52,972 nt of DNA from Verrucomicrobiota bacterium (GCA_039796015.1 JBDKKQ010000093.1:1-52972); one strand, 5' to 3'. Shown: positions 18,381 to 26,678, numbered from the stretch's first letter. Notes: generated by a model not told the origin, from the letters alone. Translations and numbers: made by a program.

Positions 18381-19877
18381 ATGAATGGATCGAAGGTCAA
18401 TCTTTGGCATCCACTTCCGGTGGGGGGTTCTGATAGTCTTCCTCACGTGATCGCTGATTATCTTGACCAGTGCCGCAGTCTTCTGGACACGGCCGTCGCC
18501 CAGGAGGAGACCATCGCGGAGGCTGCGAACCTCTTTGCCGAGACCATCCTGGCTGGCCGAATGGTGCATTGTTTTGGCTCCGGCCATAGCCGCATCCTCG
18601 TTGAGGAAATGTGGCCCCGCTACGGATCGTTCCCCGGGTTCAATCCCATCGTGGAGCTCTCTTTGAGCTTCCACAACCTCGTGGTGGGTGCCAATGGACA
18701 GCGGCAGGCCATGTTCCTGGAGAATGTCCACGGATTGGCCGCCCGCATCCTCCGCAACTATGATCTTTCCCCTAAGGATACCGCCCTGGTGGCCTCCTCG
18801 TCGGGATGCAATTTGGTGCCGATTGAAATGGCTGAGGAGTTCAAGCGCCGTGGCGTAAAAGTCGTGGCTATTATTTCCAAGGCTCACAGCGAGGCCAGTC
18901 GCAGCCAGCGTCGCGATGGTCGCAAGTTGCAGGACTTTGCGGATGTCGTTCTCGACACGGGTGCTCCGGTGGGTGACGCCATGATCGAGGTCCCGGGTCT
19001 CGAAACTCCTGTGGGCCCTGGCTCCACCATTGGTGGGTGCATGCTCATTAATGCCATCAAGGTCGAGGTCGCCGCGCTGCTCACCGAGGCTGGAAAGCCG
19101 CCGACGGTGCTCACTGCGCCCGCGTTGGTGGGCAACGAGAAGGCCTCCCAGTTGTTTGAATCGGCCTATGATGAGCACGCCCGCCGCTTGGCCAAGCTGT
19201 ATGCCCACATCGGTGAGGCTCCGGCCGAGGCCCCTGCAGCCCGACCGCGCCGCGAAGCTCGCCCGGAGCGTACCGAAGATCGTCCGCGTGATGATCGGGG
19301 TCAGGAACGGGGTCAGGAACGCGCTCGCGATGACCGTGGAGAGCGCTCTGGAGTCCGTGACGGTGGCCGGGGCCGAGGTGGCGATCGCGATCCGCGTGGA
19401 GCCCGTGAGAGTGCCGTGCCTCGTCAGAGCATCGTCCCTCGCGAGAGCACTGCGCCTCGTGAAGTTCGTGAAGTCCGTGAACCGCGGGCTGAGCGTCCGC
19501 AGCGCGAGGAACGCGAGCCGCGTGAAGAAACCCGTGGGCGCACCGGCGAGCGAAGTGAACGCCCCGACCGCAGCAGCGAACGCAGCGAGGGCGGCCGTGC
19601 GCCTCGTCGCATGGAAGAACCTTCGGAGCGTCCCCAGCGAGCCCCGCAGCCCCAGGCTGAGTCTGCTCCCGAGTCCTTCGGAGGAGCTGCTCCTGTCGAG
19701 GCACCCAAGCCGGCCAATTGGGACCGTATGGACGACATTGAACGTCGTCTCTGGTTGCGCGAGAACGGTCAAGCTCCGGCTCCTGCCCCCCGTCCGGAGG
19801 GTGGCGAGCGCAGCGGACGTGAGGATCGTGGCCGCGACAATGGCAATCGCCGAGGTGGGCGTGGCCGTCGGAACTAA
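18381..19877 (+). CDS. SIS (sugar isomerase) domain protein fused to a long Arg/Glu/Asp-rich low-complexity C-terminal tail
   Basis: Residues ~1-275 have SIS_2-like features (MVHCFGSGHSRILVEE, ALVASSSGCNLVPIEMA, VVAIISKAHS). Residues ~276-498 are RPRREARPERTEDRPRDDRGQERGQER...NGNRRGGRGRRN. The 520-aa antisense ORF is a composition artefact. Confidence 0.8.
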   Translation: MNGSKVNLWHPLPVGGSDSLPHVIADYLDQCRSLLDTAVAQEETIAEAANLFAETILAGRMVHCFGSGHSRILVEEMWPRYGSFPGFNPIVELSLSFHNLVVGANGQRQAMFLENVHGLAARILRNYDLSPKDTALVASSSGCNLVPIEMAEEFKRRGVKVVAIISKAHSEASRSQRRDGRKLQDFADVVLDTGAPVGDAMIEVPGLETPVGPGSTIGGCMLINAIKVEVAALLTEAGKPPTVLTAPALVGNEKASQLFESAYDEHARRLAKLYAHIGEAPAEAPAARPRREARPERTEDRPRDDRGQERGQERARDDRGERSGVRDGGRGRGGDRDPRGARESAVPRQSIVPRESTAPREVREVREPRAERPQREEREPREETRGRTGERSERPDRSSERSEGGRAPRRMEEPSERPQRAPQPQAESAPESFGGAAPVEAPKPANWDRMDDIERRLWLRENGQAPAPAPRPEGGERSGREDRGRDNGNRRGGRGRRN

Positions 19878-19889
19878 AACCATTCAACC

Positions 19890-20729
19890 ATGGCGGTCCT
19901 TCTGGTCGAGTGCCCCGATCAACGGGGCTTGGTGCACGCCATTAGTGGCGTGCTGCTCCGCCATGGTTGCAACGTCGTTGGTAATCAAGAGTTCGTAGAT
20001 GCCGCGTCGGGGCGCTTCTACATGCGCACCGAGTTCGACGGTCCTGAGGTCTCCGCGACTGGGCAACAGCTCGTGGCGGAGACTCAGGCAAGTTTGCCTA
20101 TCGGTGCACAGGTCCGCTTGGCGCAGCCCGGGCCCAAGCGGATCGTGGTGTTGGTATCCCGCGAACACCACTGCTTGGGCGATTTGCTAATTCGCCATCA
20201 ATTCGGGGGGATCAATGCTCGGATCGAGGCCGTGATCAGCAACCATGCCCTTCTAGGCGACCTGGTTCGCAAGTTTGAGGTGCCCTTCCATCCTGTTCCT
20301 GCCGACGGGTTGGACCGGATGGCCCACGAGGCGGCCGTGCGGGGCATCCTCGACGAAATTCAGCCTGAGTTCCTCGTCTTGGCCAAATACATGCGGGTGT
20401 TGTCGCCTGATTTTGTGCGCCGATACCCGTCGCGGATCATTAATATTCACCATTCCTTCCTCCCGGCCTTTGTGGGAGCTAAGCCTTACCATCAGGCCTT
20501 CCAGCGCGGGGTGAAGGTCATTGGAGCCACCGCTCATCTGGTGACCGATGACCTGGATGCGGGTCCTATTTTGGTTCAGCAGGTGATTCCCGTAGACCAT
20601 ACCCACGCCGCCGCGGATCTCGTCCGGGCCGGACGCGATGTCGAGCAATTCGCCTTGGCGCAGGCGCTTCGGTTGGTCTTTGAAGACCGCGTGTTTTTGG
20701 CGGGCAACCGGACAGTCATTTTCGACTGA
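19890..20729 (+). CDS. purU: formyltetrahydrofolate deformylase
   Basis: An ACT-like N-terminus (VLLVECPDQRGLVHAISGVL) is followed by the formyltransferase core IINIHHSFLPAFVGAKPYHQA and ATAHLVTDDLDAGPI. Confidence 0.92.
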   Translation: MAVLLVECPDQRGLVHAISGVLLRHGCNVVGNQEFVDAASGRFYMRTEFDGPEVSATGQQLVAETQASLPIGAQVRLAQPGPKRIVVLVSREHHCLGDLLIRHQFGGINARIEAVISNHALLGDLVRKFEVPFHPVPADGLDRMAHEAAVRGILDEIQPEFLVLAKYMRVLSPDFVRRYPSRIINIHHSFLPAFVGAKPYHQAFQRGVKVIGATAHLVTDDLDAGPILVQQVIPVDHTHAAADLVRAGRDVEQFALAQALRLVFEDRVFLAGNRTVIFD

Positions 20730-20777
20730 GCTGCCTGGGTTGCGAGAGTTTCTTTTTACGGTGTCTTTTCCCACCTT

Positions 20778-21827
20778 ATGAATCAGTGCCCCTTGCGAAC
20801 TTCGGTCGTCGGCAGTTATCCGTTTCCGGCCTGGTTAGAGCATGCCTCGCATCATCTGGATCGCTTTGGTTCGGAGGACCGTCTCGAGCTGCAATCCGAT
20901 GCGGTCACCTGTGCCGTGAAGGATCAGTTAGCCGCCGGGCTGGATGTCATCACCGATGGCGAACAAACCCGGTTAGACTTCAATCTCAGCTTCTACGGCT
21001 ACCTTCAGGGAATCGATCTGGAGTCGGCCTCGCCCCGTCGATGGGGTCCGCCTGCTCATGACCAGCGGGGACGCCACGCAGTCGTGGCTCCATTGCAGGC
21101 CCCTCGCGGACTTGGAGCTGTCGAGGAATACCGTCGCCTGGAGACCGTTGCCCGCGATCTGGGCGCGGCCAACCGGGTGACGCTGAAGGCTTCGATTCCC
21201 GGTCCCTACACACTGTCCGGTCGCCTCTTGCCCAACGCCGATTTGGGCTACCCAGACCGTTGGGCACTGACTGAAGCTCTCCTGCCCTTGGTACGCCAAG
21301 AATTGGAAGCGTTGGTGGCAGCGGGATGTCGCGAAATCAGCGTCGATGAGCCTTCGATGAGTTGCTATGGCTACCGGGAAGACGTCCGACGTTTCGTGGA
21401 CCTCTTCAACCGGACGGTGGAAACGGTCACTGGCAAGACCCGGGTTTGCATGCACCTCTGCTTCGGCAACTACAAGGCACGAGCCATCGGTCCGCGGCAG
21501 ATAGCGCCACTGTTTCCTGCCTTTCTCGACATGCACTGCGATGAAATGCATGTGGAGATGGCCAGTCGGGAGTTCTCGGAATTGGAGTTGATCGCGCAGG
21601 TGGCTCGGCATCGTGACGTGGCCGTGGGCATCGTGGACGTGAAGAGCTACTACATCGAGACGCCGGAGGACATTGCCGCCCGCGTGCGTCGGTGCCTGGA
21701 ACACGTCCCGGCAGACCGATTGGTTTTGGCTCCGGATTGTGGACTCAGTCAGACGGCCCGCTGGGCGGCGCGACGCAAGCTGCAAGCGCTGTGTGCCGGC
21801 GCGGATCTGGTCCGACGAACTCTCTGA
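20778..21827 (+). CDS. cobalamin-independent methionine synthase C-terminal-domain-only protein (core-MetE / Meth_synt_2 family)
   Basis: SVVGSYPFPAWL start. Zn-ligand pattern: H-x-C in CMHLCFGNY and Cys in LAPDCGLSQ. It is 349 aa and lacks the N-terminal folate-binding half of MetE. Confidence 0.85.
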   Translation: MNQCPLRTSVVGSYPFPAWLEHASHHLDRFGSEDRLELQSDAVTCAVKDQLAAGLDVITDGEQTRLDFNLSFYGYLQGIDLESASPRRWGPPAHDQRGRHAVVAPLQAPRGLGAVEEYRRLETVARDLGAANRVTLKASIPGPYTLSGRLLPNADLGYPDRWALTEALLPLVRQELEALVAAGCREISVDEPSMSCYGYREDVRRFVDLFNRTVETVTGKTRVCMHLCFGNYKARAIGPRQIAPLFPAFLDMHCDEMHVEMASREFSELELIAQVARHRDVAVGIVDVKSYYIETPEDIAARVRRCLEHVPADRLVLAPDCGLSQTARWAARRKLQALCAGADLVRRTL

Positions 21828-21875
21828 ATCAACGGACCTGGCCTCAGATTTTCAGCCCCAGTTTCAGCCCCCGAC

Positions 21876-22766
21876 ATGATTATTCCTCTTCAGCAGGACG
21901 ATGTGTTTTTGGCCGATCTGGACCGGGCCAGGGAGTCAGCGCCCGAGTCGCTGCATGTGTGGTGGTTGGGACAGAGCGGGTTTTTGGTCCAGTGGCGCGA
22001 GAATCGACTGCTGCTCGACCCGTACCTCTCCGACTCCCTGACGAGCAAATACGCCGCCACCGACAAGCCCCATGTGCGCATGACCGAACGGGTGGTGGAT
22101 CCCTCCCTCCTTTCGGGTGTCGGGCTTGTCACGGCCACGCACGCCCACACCGATCACCTCGATGCGGAAACACTTATCCCGTTGGCCCGCTCCAACCCGG
22201 GCCTGCGCCTAGTTTTCCCCGAATCTATCCGTAGTTTGGCTGCGGCCCGTTCCGGCCTACCACAAGAGTCGCTGATCGGCCTGGACGCTCCGTCACCCGG
22301 ACGGACCGCGGGAATCGGATCGAGTCATAAAGCGACCGTAGGACCTTTTCAAATTCAAGCGGTACCCGCGGCCCATGAGGCGCTGGACTGCGATCCGATG
22401 GGTCGCTTGTCTTGCTTGGGTTTCATCATTCGGGTGGGTTCATGGACCTTGTATCATTCGGGCGACACAGTCCTCTTTCCAGGCATGGTCGACTGCTTGC
22501 GGGAAGCCCGGATCGATTTGGCTTTTCTGCCCATCAACGGTCGATCTCCCGAGCGCCGAGTCGCGGGCAACCTTTGGGGCCACGAGGCCGCCACACTGGC
22601 CTATCAATCGGGCATGGGCACCGTGGTCCCATGCCACTACGAATTGTTTGAGTTTAATACGGCTTCGCCTGTGGACTTTGAGGCCCGATGCCAAGCACTT
22701 CAGCAGCCCTATCATCGGCTTCAGGCAGGGGGGCGACTGACGCTCCAACCGCGTTCGTGTCCTTGA
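21876..22766 (+). CDS. MBL-fold metallo-hydrolase
   Basis: WWLGQSGFLV start and the metal motif ATHAHTDHLD. Lactamase_B_3 / UlaG-like layout, 296 aa. Confidence 0.8.
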   Translation: MIIPLQQDDVFLADLDRARESAPESLHVWWLGQSGFLVQWRENRLLLDPYLSDSLTSKYAATDKPHVRMTERVVDPSLLSGVGLVTATHAHTDHLDAETLIPLARSNPGLRLVFPESIRSLAAARSGLPQESLIGLDAPSPGRTAGIGSSHKATVGPFQIQAVPAAHEALDCDPMGRLSCLGFIIRVGSWTLYHSGDTVLFPGMVDCLREARIDLAFLPINGRSPERRVAGNLWGHEAATLAYQSGMGTVVPCHYELFEFNTASPVDFEARCQALQQPYHRLQAGGRLTLQPRSCP

Positions 22767-22799
22767 CTCTACGAAGGCCCCTCCTAACTTGCCGAATTC

Positions 22800-24038
22800 A
22801 TGGAGTCACCCCTCCCCTCTCAAGACGGTTCATCCGAAGATCAGGAACAATTGCTCACCTTGAAAACGTTTCGATCCGCAGGGAAGGGGAGTTGGGCCTC
22901 GGTCCCGGACGCGGAATGGAACGATTGGAAGTGGCAACTCAAGAACCGCGTCACTCGGATTGATCAGTTGGAGCGTCTGTTGCCGAGCATGACCCCCGAG
23001 GAGCGGGCTGGGGTGCTTTTGGCTGGGGAGTCCAAGCTGGCGATGGCCATTACCCCGTATTACTTCAACTTGATCGACGCCTCCGATGAGTTGTGCCCCA
23101 TCCGCCGTCAGGTTATTCCTCGGCTGGAGGAGACCACGACCGCCCCGTGGGAAACGCTCGATCCGGTCGGCGAAGACGCCCACTCGCCGGTGCCAGGCCT
23201 TGTGCATCGCTATCCCGACCGGGTCCTCTTTCTGGTGACCGACCGGTGCGCGGCCTACTGCCGCTATTGCACGCGATCCCGACTGGTGAGCAACGCCAGT
23301 GGCTACGACTTTCACCCTGAATTCGACCGTCAGATCGCCTACATCGCCGAGCATCCTGAGATCCGCGATGTGCTGCTCAGTGGCGGCGATCCGATGCTCC
23401 TCAGCGACGAAAAACTCGAGTATTTGCTGGGCCGTTTGCGCGCGATTCCCCACGTCGAATTTCTGAGGATCGGCACCCGTATTCCTATTTTTCTGCCTCA
23501 GCGGATCACACCGGCATTGTGCGCCATGCTCCGGCAGTTTCACCCGCTCTTTGTGAGCATCCACACTAATCATCCCCGAGAGCTGACCACCGAAGTCCGC
23601 GCGGCCTTGGGCCATCTGGCCGATGCCGGCATTCCATTGGGCAATCAGTCGGTGTTGCTGCGTCACATCAACGACGAACCTCTGGTAATGAAGGCGCTGG
23701 TCCAGAAGCTTCTGCTGTGCCGGGTCCGGCCATATTACATTTACCAGTGCGACCTCATTTCAGGGAGTTCCCACCTGCGGTCCACGGTGTCGCGCGGGTT
23801 GGAAATTATGGATTCTCTGCGGGGTCATACCACGGGGTACGCCGTTCCGCAGTATGTCATCGATGCGCCCGGCGGTGGCGGCAAGATTCCAGTCAACCCG
23901 GGCTATATTCTGCGCAAATCAGCCACCAAGATAATTCTTAGAAATTTCGAGGGAGAAGTCTTCGAATACCCCGAGGCACCGGAGGTGGCTGCCATGGCAC
24001 CGCTCTGCAATCCCTCAATGGCCTTTGGTAAGGACTGA
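22800..24038 (+). CDS. KamA-family radical SAM enzyme (lysine 2,3-aminomutase-like)
   Basis: WNDWKWQLKNRVT N-terminal signature, radical SAM cluster CAAYCRYCTRS, SGGDPMLL, and PLP-lysine region APGGGGKIPV. The 412-aa length matches KamA rather than the shorter EpmB. Confidence 0.88.
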   Translation: MESPLPSQDGSSEDQEQLLTLKTFRSAGKGSWASVPDAEWNDWKWQLKNRVTRIDQLERLLPSMTPEERAGVLLAGESKLAMAITPYYFNLIDASDELCPIRRQVIPRLEETTTAPWETLDPVGEDAHSPVPGLVHRYPDRVLFLVTDRCAAYCRYCTRSRLVSNASGYDFHPEFDRQIAYIAEHPEIRDVLLSGGDPMLLSDEKLEYLLGRLRAIPHVEFLRIGTRIPIFLPQRITPALCAMLRQFHPLFVSIHTNHPRELTTEVRAALGHLADAGIPLGNQSVLLRHINDEPLVMKALVQKLLLCRVRPYYIYQCDLISGSSHLRSTVSRGLEIMDSLRGHTTGYAVPQYVIDAPGGGGKIPVNPGYILRKSATKIILRNFEGEVFEYPEAPEVAAMAPLCNPSMAFGKD

Positions 24039-24455
24039 CTCCTTGTCCAGGGCCCCCGAGAGCACCTGCCCGCATTCCGGACAATGTCGGTAGTCCGAAG
24101 GGCTATTACGACTGCAGGCAGGGCAGGTGATCTGGAACGATTTGTTTCTGCGGTGAATCCACAAGTTGCGCAGGTAAGGGATCCACGAGAAGGCCTGTCC
24201 CGCGATGAAGACGCTGTCGCGTCTCTGGAGCGCGTAGCTGAGCAAAATCAAGGACCCCACAAGGCTCAGCCACCAGAAGGCCTGCGGAACGACCACGCGT
24301 CGTTGGCGCTCGGTGGCATACCACTGGACGAGAAAACGGCTGAAAAAGATGGCGTTACCCATCCATCCGACCACCTTCCAGACATGCCATTCGATCCCCA
24401 GAAAACGTCCTTCGATCCACATCAATCCTGAGCCAGCCAACCACTCCATGGACAC
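24015..24455 (-). CDS. lipid-A-disaccharide synthase N-terminal (LAB_N) domain membrane protein with C-terminal zinc ribbon
   Basis: The motif GWMGNAIFFSRFLVQWYATE is LAB_N-like. The C-terminus has CPAC...CPEC. The start is GTG 24455 or ATG 24449. The 3' end overlaps kamA by 24 nt (convergent). Confidence 0.72.
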   Translation of the reverse strand: MSMEWLAGSGLMWIEGRFLGIEWHVWKVVGWMGNAIFFSRFLVQWYATERQRRVVVPQAFWWLSLVGSLILLSYALQRRDSVFIAGQAFSWIPYLRNLWIHRRNKSFQITCPACSRNSPSDYRHCPECGQVLSGALDKESVLTKGH

Positions 24456-24575
24456 AGCATGGAAAAGAAAGATGACGTTGGCGCTGAAATTCTTTTGACG
24501 GGGGTGGGTCTTTTCCGATAGACAGACCGCTCCTCGGTCGGTGAAACCGATTTTACCCTGAGGTTAACAATCAAC

Positions 24576-24619
24576 GCGGGAGGACTTCGGTCCGCATGAA
24601 CCGCAACCAAAATGCCTAG
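24576..24619 (+). promoter_or_regulatory. rplA leader element: UUCG-capped hairpin containing GGGAGGA, followed by a 7-codon uORF overlapping the rplA ATG
   Basis: GCGGGAGGAC-TTCG-GTCCGC occupies 24576-24595. ATG at 24596 opens MNRNQNA*, ending at 24619. The rplA ATG at 24612 lies inside this uORF in another frame. Confidence 0.35.
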
Positions 24620-25307
24620 CAAACGCTATAAGAAGGCCCTGTCCCTCGTGGACTCCACCAAGGCCTACCCCCTCGCCGCCGCCGTTGAGGTTCTCGCCAA
24701 GTTCCCGAAAGCCAAGTTCAACGAGACCATCGATCTGGCCTTCCGCCTTGGGGTTGACCCGAAGCAGTCCGACCAGATGGTCCGCGGAACCACGCCGCTG
24801 CCCCATGGCGCCGGCAAAGTTGTCCGCGTCTTGGTGTTCACCAAGCCCGGTGCACCGGCCGAGGCAGCTCGCGAAGCGGGTGCTGAGTTTGTCGGTTTCG
24901 AGGACATGATCAAGAAGTGCGTCGAAGGCTGGACTGACTTCGATGTCGCAGTTGCCACCCCTGAGGCCATGACCGAAGTGCGTAAGCTCGGTAAGGTTCT
25001 CGGACCCCGCGGCCTCATGCCGAACCCCAAGACCGGAACTGTAACCGACGACACCGGCAAGGCTGTCCGTGAGGTTAAGGCGGGTCGTGTTGAATTTAAG
25101 GTGGACAAAGCCGGCAACATCCACGTCCCCGTGGGCAAGGCCAGCTTCACTCCGCTGCAGATTGCTGAGAATGCTCGCACCGTGGTCGAGGCCGTTTATC
25201 GAGCCCGTCCTTCGAGCGTCAAGGGTCTCTACGTCCGCAGCGTCACGCTGTCGATGACGATGAGCCCTCCGGTCTCCGTGGAACTCAAGGAATTCGTCTC
25301 CGCCTAA
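24612..25307 (+). CDS. rplA: 50S ribosomal protein L1
   Basis: MPSKRYKKALSLVD..., DPKQSDQMVRGT, GPRGLMPNPKTGTV are canonical L1. Confidence 0.97.
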   Translation: MPSKRYKKALSLVDSTKAYPLAAAVEVLAKFPKAKFNETIDLAFRLGVDPKQSDQMVRGTTPLPHGAGKVVRVLVFTKPGAPAEAAREAGAEFVGFEDMIKKCVEGWTDFDVAVATPEAMTEVRKLGKVLGPRGLMPNPKTGTVTDDTGKAVREVKAGRVEFKVDKAGNIHVPVGKASFTPLQIAENARTVVEAVYRARPSSVKGLYVRSVTLSMTMSPPVSVELKEFVSA

Positions 25308-25334
25308 CCTAAACTTCCCTTACTGCAACATACC

Positions 25335-25847
25335 ATGCGCGCAGAAAAGAAGCTCATCTCGGCGGAATATGTGGCCCGCCTCAACGCCTCGCCGTTTTTC
25401 CTGGTCGTCGACTATAAGGGTCTGACCGTCCAGAAATTCACGGAACTCCGCAAGCGCCTGATCAAGGCCGGTGGTGAGGTTCACGTGGTGAAGAACACCA
25501 TTTTTAGCATCGCTGCCAAAGAAGCCGGTCTGGCTGATTTGTCTGGCATGCTGACCGGTCAGGTGGCCGCGGTCACCGGCAATAAGGACATCGCCGCCGT
25601 GGCTAAGGTCATCAAGACCTTCCAGGCCGAGTTCGACAAGCCCAAGCTCAAGTTCGGTGTGCTCGGCAACAAACCGCTTTCCGCTGAGGAAGTGCGTGTG
25701 ATCGCTGATCTGCCCCCGCTCCCCGAGATTCAGAGCAAGATCCTGGGCCTGCTCCAAGCACCTGCCCAGAAGCTCGTGGCTTTGATCAACACCCCGGGAA
25801 CTCAAGTTGCCCGCGTCATCGGAGCCTACGCCGAGAAATCGGTCTAG
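25335..25847 (+). CDS. rplJ: 50S ribosomal protein L10
   Basis: L10-like sequence of 170 aa, 27 nt downstream of rplA and upstream of rplL. Confidence 0.94.
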   Translation: MRAEKKLISAEYVARLNASPFFLVVDYKGLTVQKFTELRKRLIKAGGEVHVVKNTIFSIAAKEAGLADLSGMLTGQVAAVTGNKDIAAVAKVIKTFQAEFDKPKLKFGVLGNKPLSAEEVRVIADLPPLPEIQSKILGLLQAPAQKLVALINTPGTQVARVIGAYAEKSV

Positions 25848-25994
25848 ACGTTCGACTCCAATTTTTCACTCTTTTCGTCTCAGGCACGCTGCTTGGGCGG
25901 AATTCAACGAAACAATAGTAAATCGTCGGTCCACAGGCAGTGGACTAATTCGGAGCGGCCGCTCTGGCGACGAGACGAAACAAAAGAAAATACC

Positions 25995-26378
25995 ATGGCA
26001 GACATCAATAATATCGTCGAAGAACTGAGCAAGCTCACCGTTCTCGAGGCCGCCGAACTGGTGAAGGCGCTCGAGACCAAGTGGGGTGTGACCGCCGCTG
26101 CTCCTGTGGCTGCTGCTGCCGCTCCTGCGGCCGGCGCTGCTGCTCCGGTTGCTGAAGTCAAGACCACCTTCGATGTGTGGCTCGCTTCGGTTCCTGCCGA
26201 TAAGAAGATCGGTGTGATCAAGGCTGTCCGTGAAGTCAAGGCCGGTCTCGGTCTGGCTGAGGCCAAGGCTTTGGTCGAAGGCGCTCCCAAGCTGTTGCTC
26301 GAGGGTGCCAACAAGGCTGATTCCGATGCCGCCGCCAAGAAGATCGAAGAGGCTGGTGGTAAGGTTGAGCTGAAGTAA
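25995..26378 (+). CDS. rplL: 50S ribosomal protein L7/L12
   Basis: [32 protein letters not shown], an Ala-rich hinge, and the C-terminal domain [29 protein letters not shown]...GGKVELK. The ATG at 25995 is preferred over the ORF-track start at 25893. Confidence 0.96.
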   Translation: MADINNIVEELSKLTVLEAAELVKALETKWGVTAAAPVAAAAAPAAGAAAPVAEVKTTFDVWLASVPADKKIGVIKAVREVKAGLGLAEAKALVEGAPKLLLEGANKADSDAAAKKIEEAGGKVELK

Positions 26379-26387
26379 TTTTGCAAT

Positions 26388-26439
26388 CCGTGCGTCGGGT
26401 GTTACTGTAAAGTTATCCGGCGCACGGTTCTCTTTTCTT
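26388..26439 (+). terminator. putative attenuator / partial terminator between rplL and rpoB
   Basis: Stem CCGTGCGTCGG / CCGGCGCACGG (11 bp including one G-U) with an 18-nt loop, followed by TTCTCTTTTCTT. Confidence 0.5.
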
Positions 26440-26678
26440 CACCACTCCCGCTAGAGTTCTGAAATTTTTCAAGAACTCGGCAAAGTGGCGGCAGGAGTGT
26501 CCGCTTTCGGTCAACCTAAGTCATAGGTCACCAGTTTTGTACGGCTTGAAATAGTGTTTCAGTAAGACGAGTTCCGGAGAAGTCGAAAAAGCCTTCACCG
26601 GATCTCGTCGTATTGTATTTTATGGCGAAAACAGTCTCCAGGCAGGTGCCGCAGAAATCCCCGAGTCACGAGGTCGCA

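Noticed and set aside
18321-19883. 520-aa ORF antisense to the SIS/low-complexity gene
   Set aside because: It is a mirror image of a GC-rich, repeat-biased coding strand. Its translation is Ala/Arg/Thr/Leu low complexity with no motifs, while the plus strand has a recognisable SIS domain.
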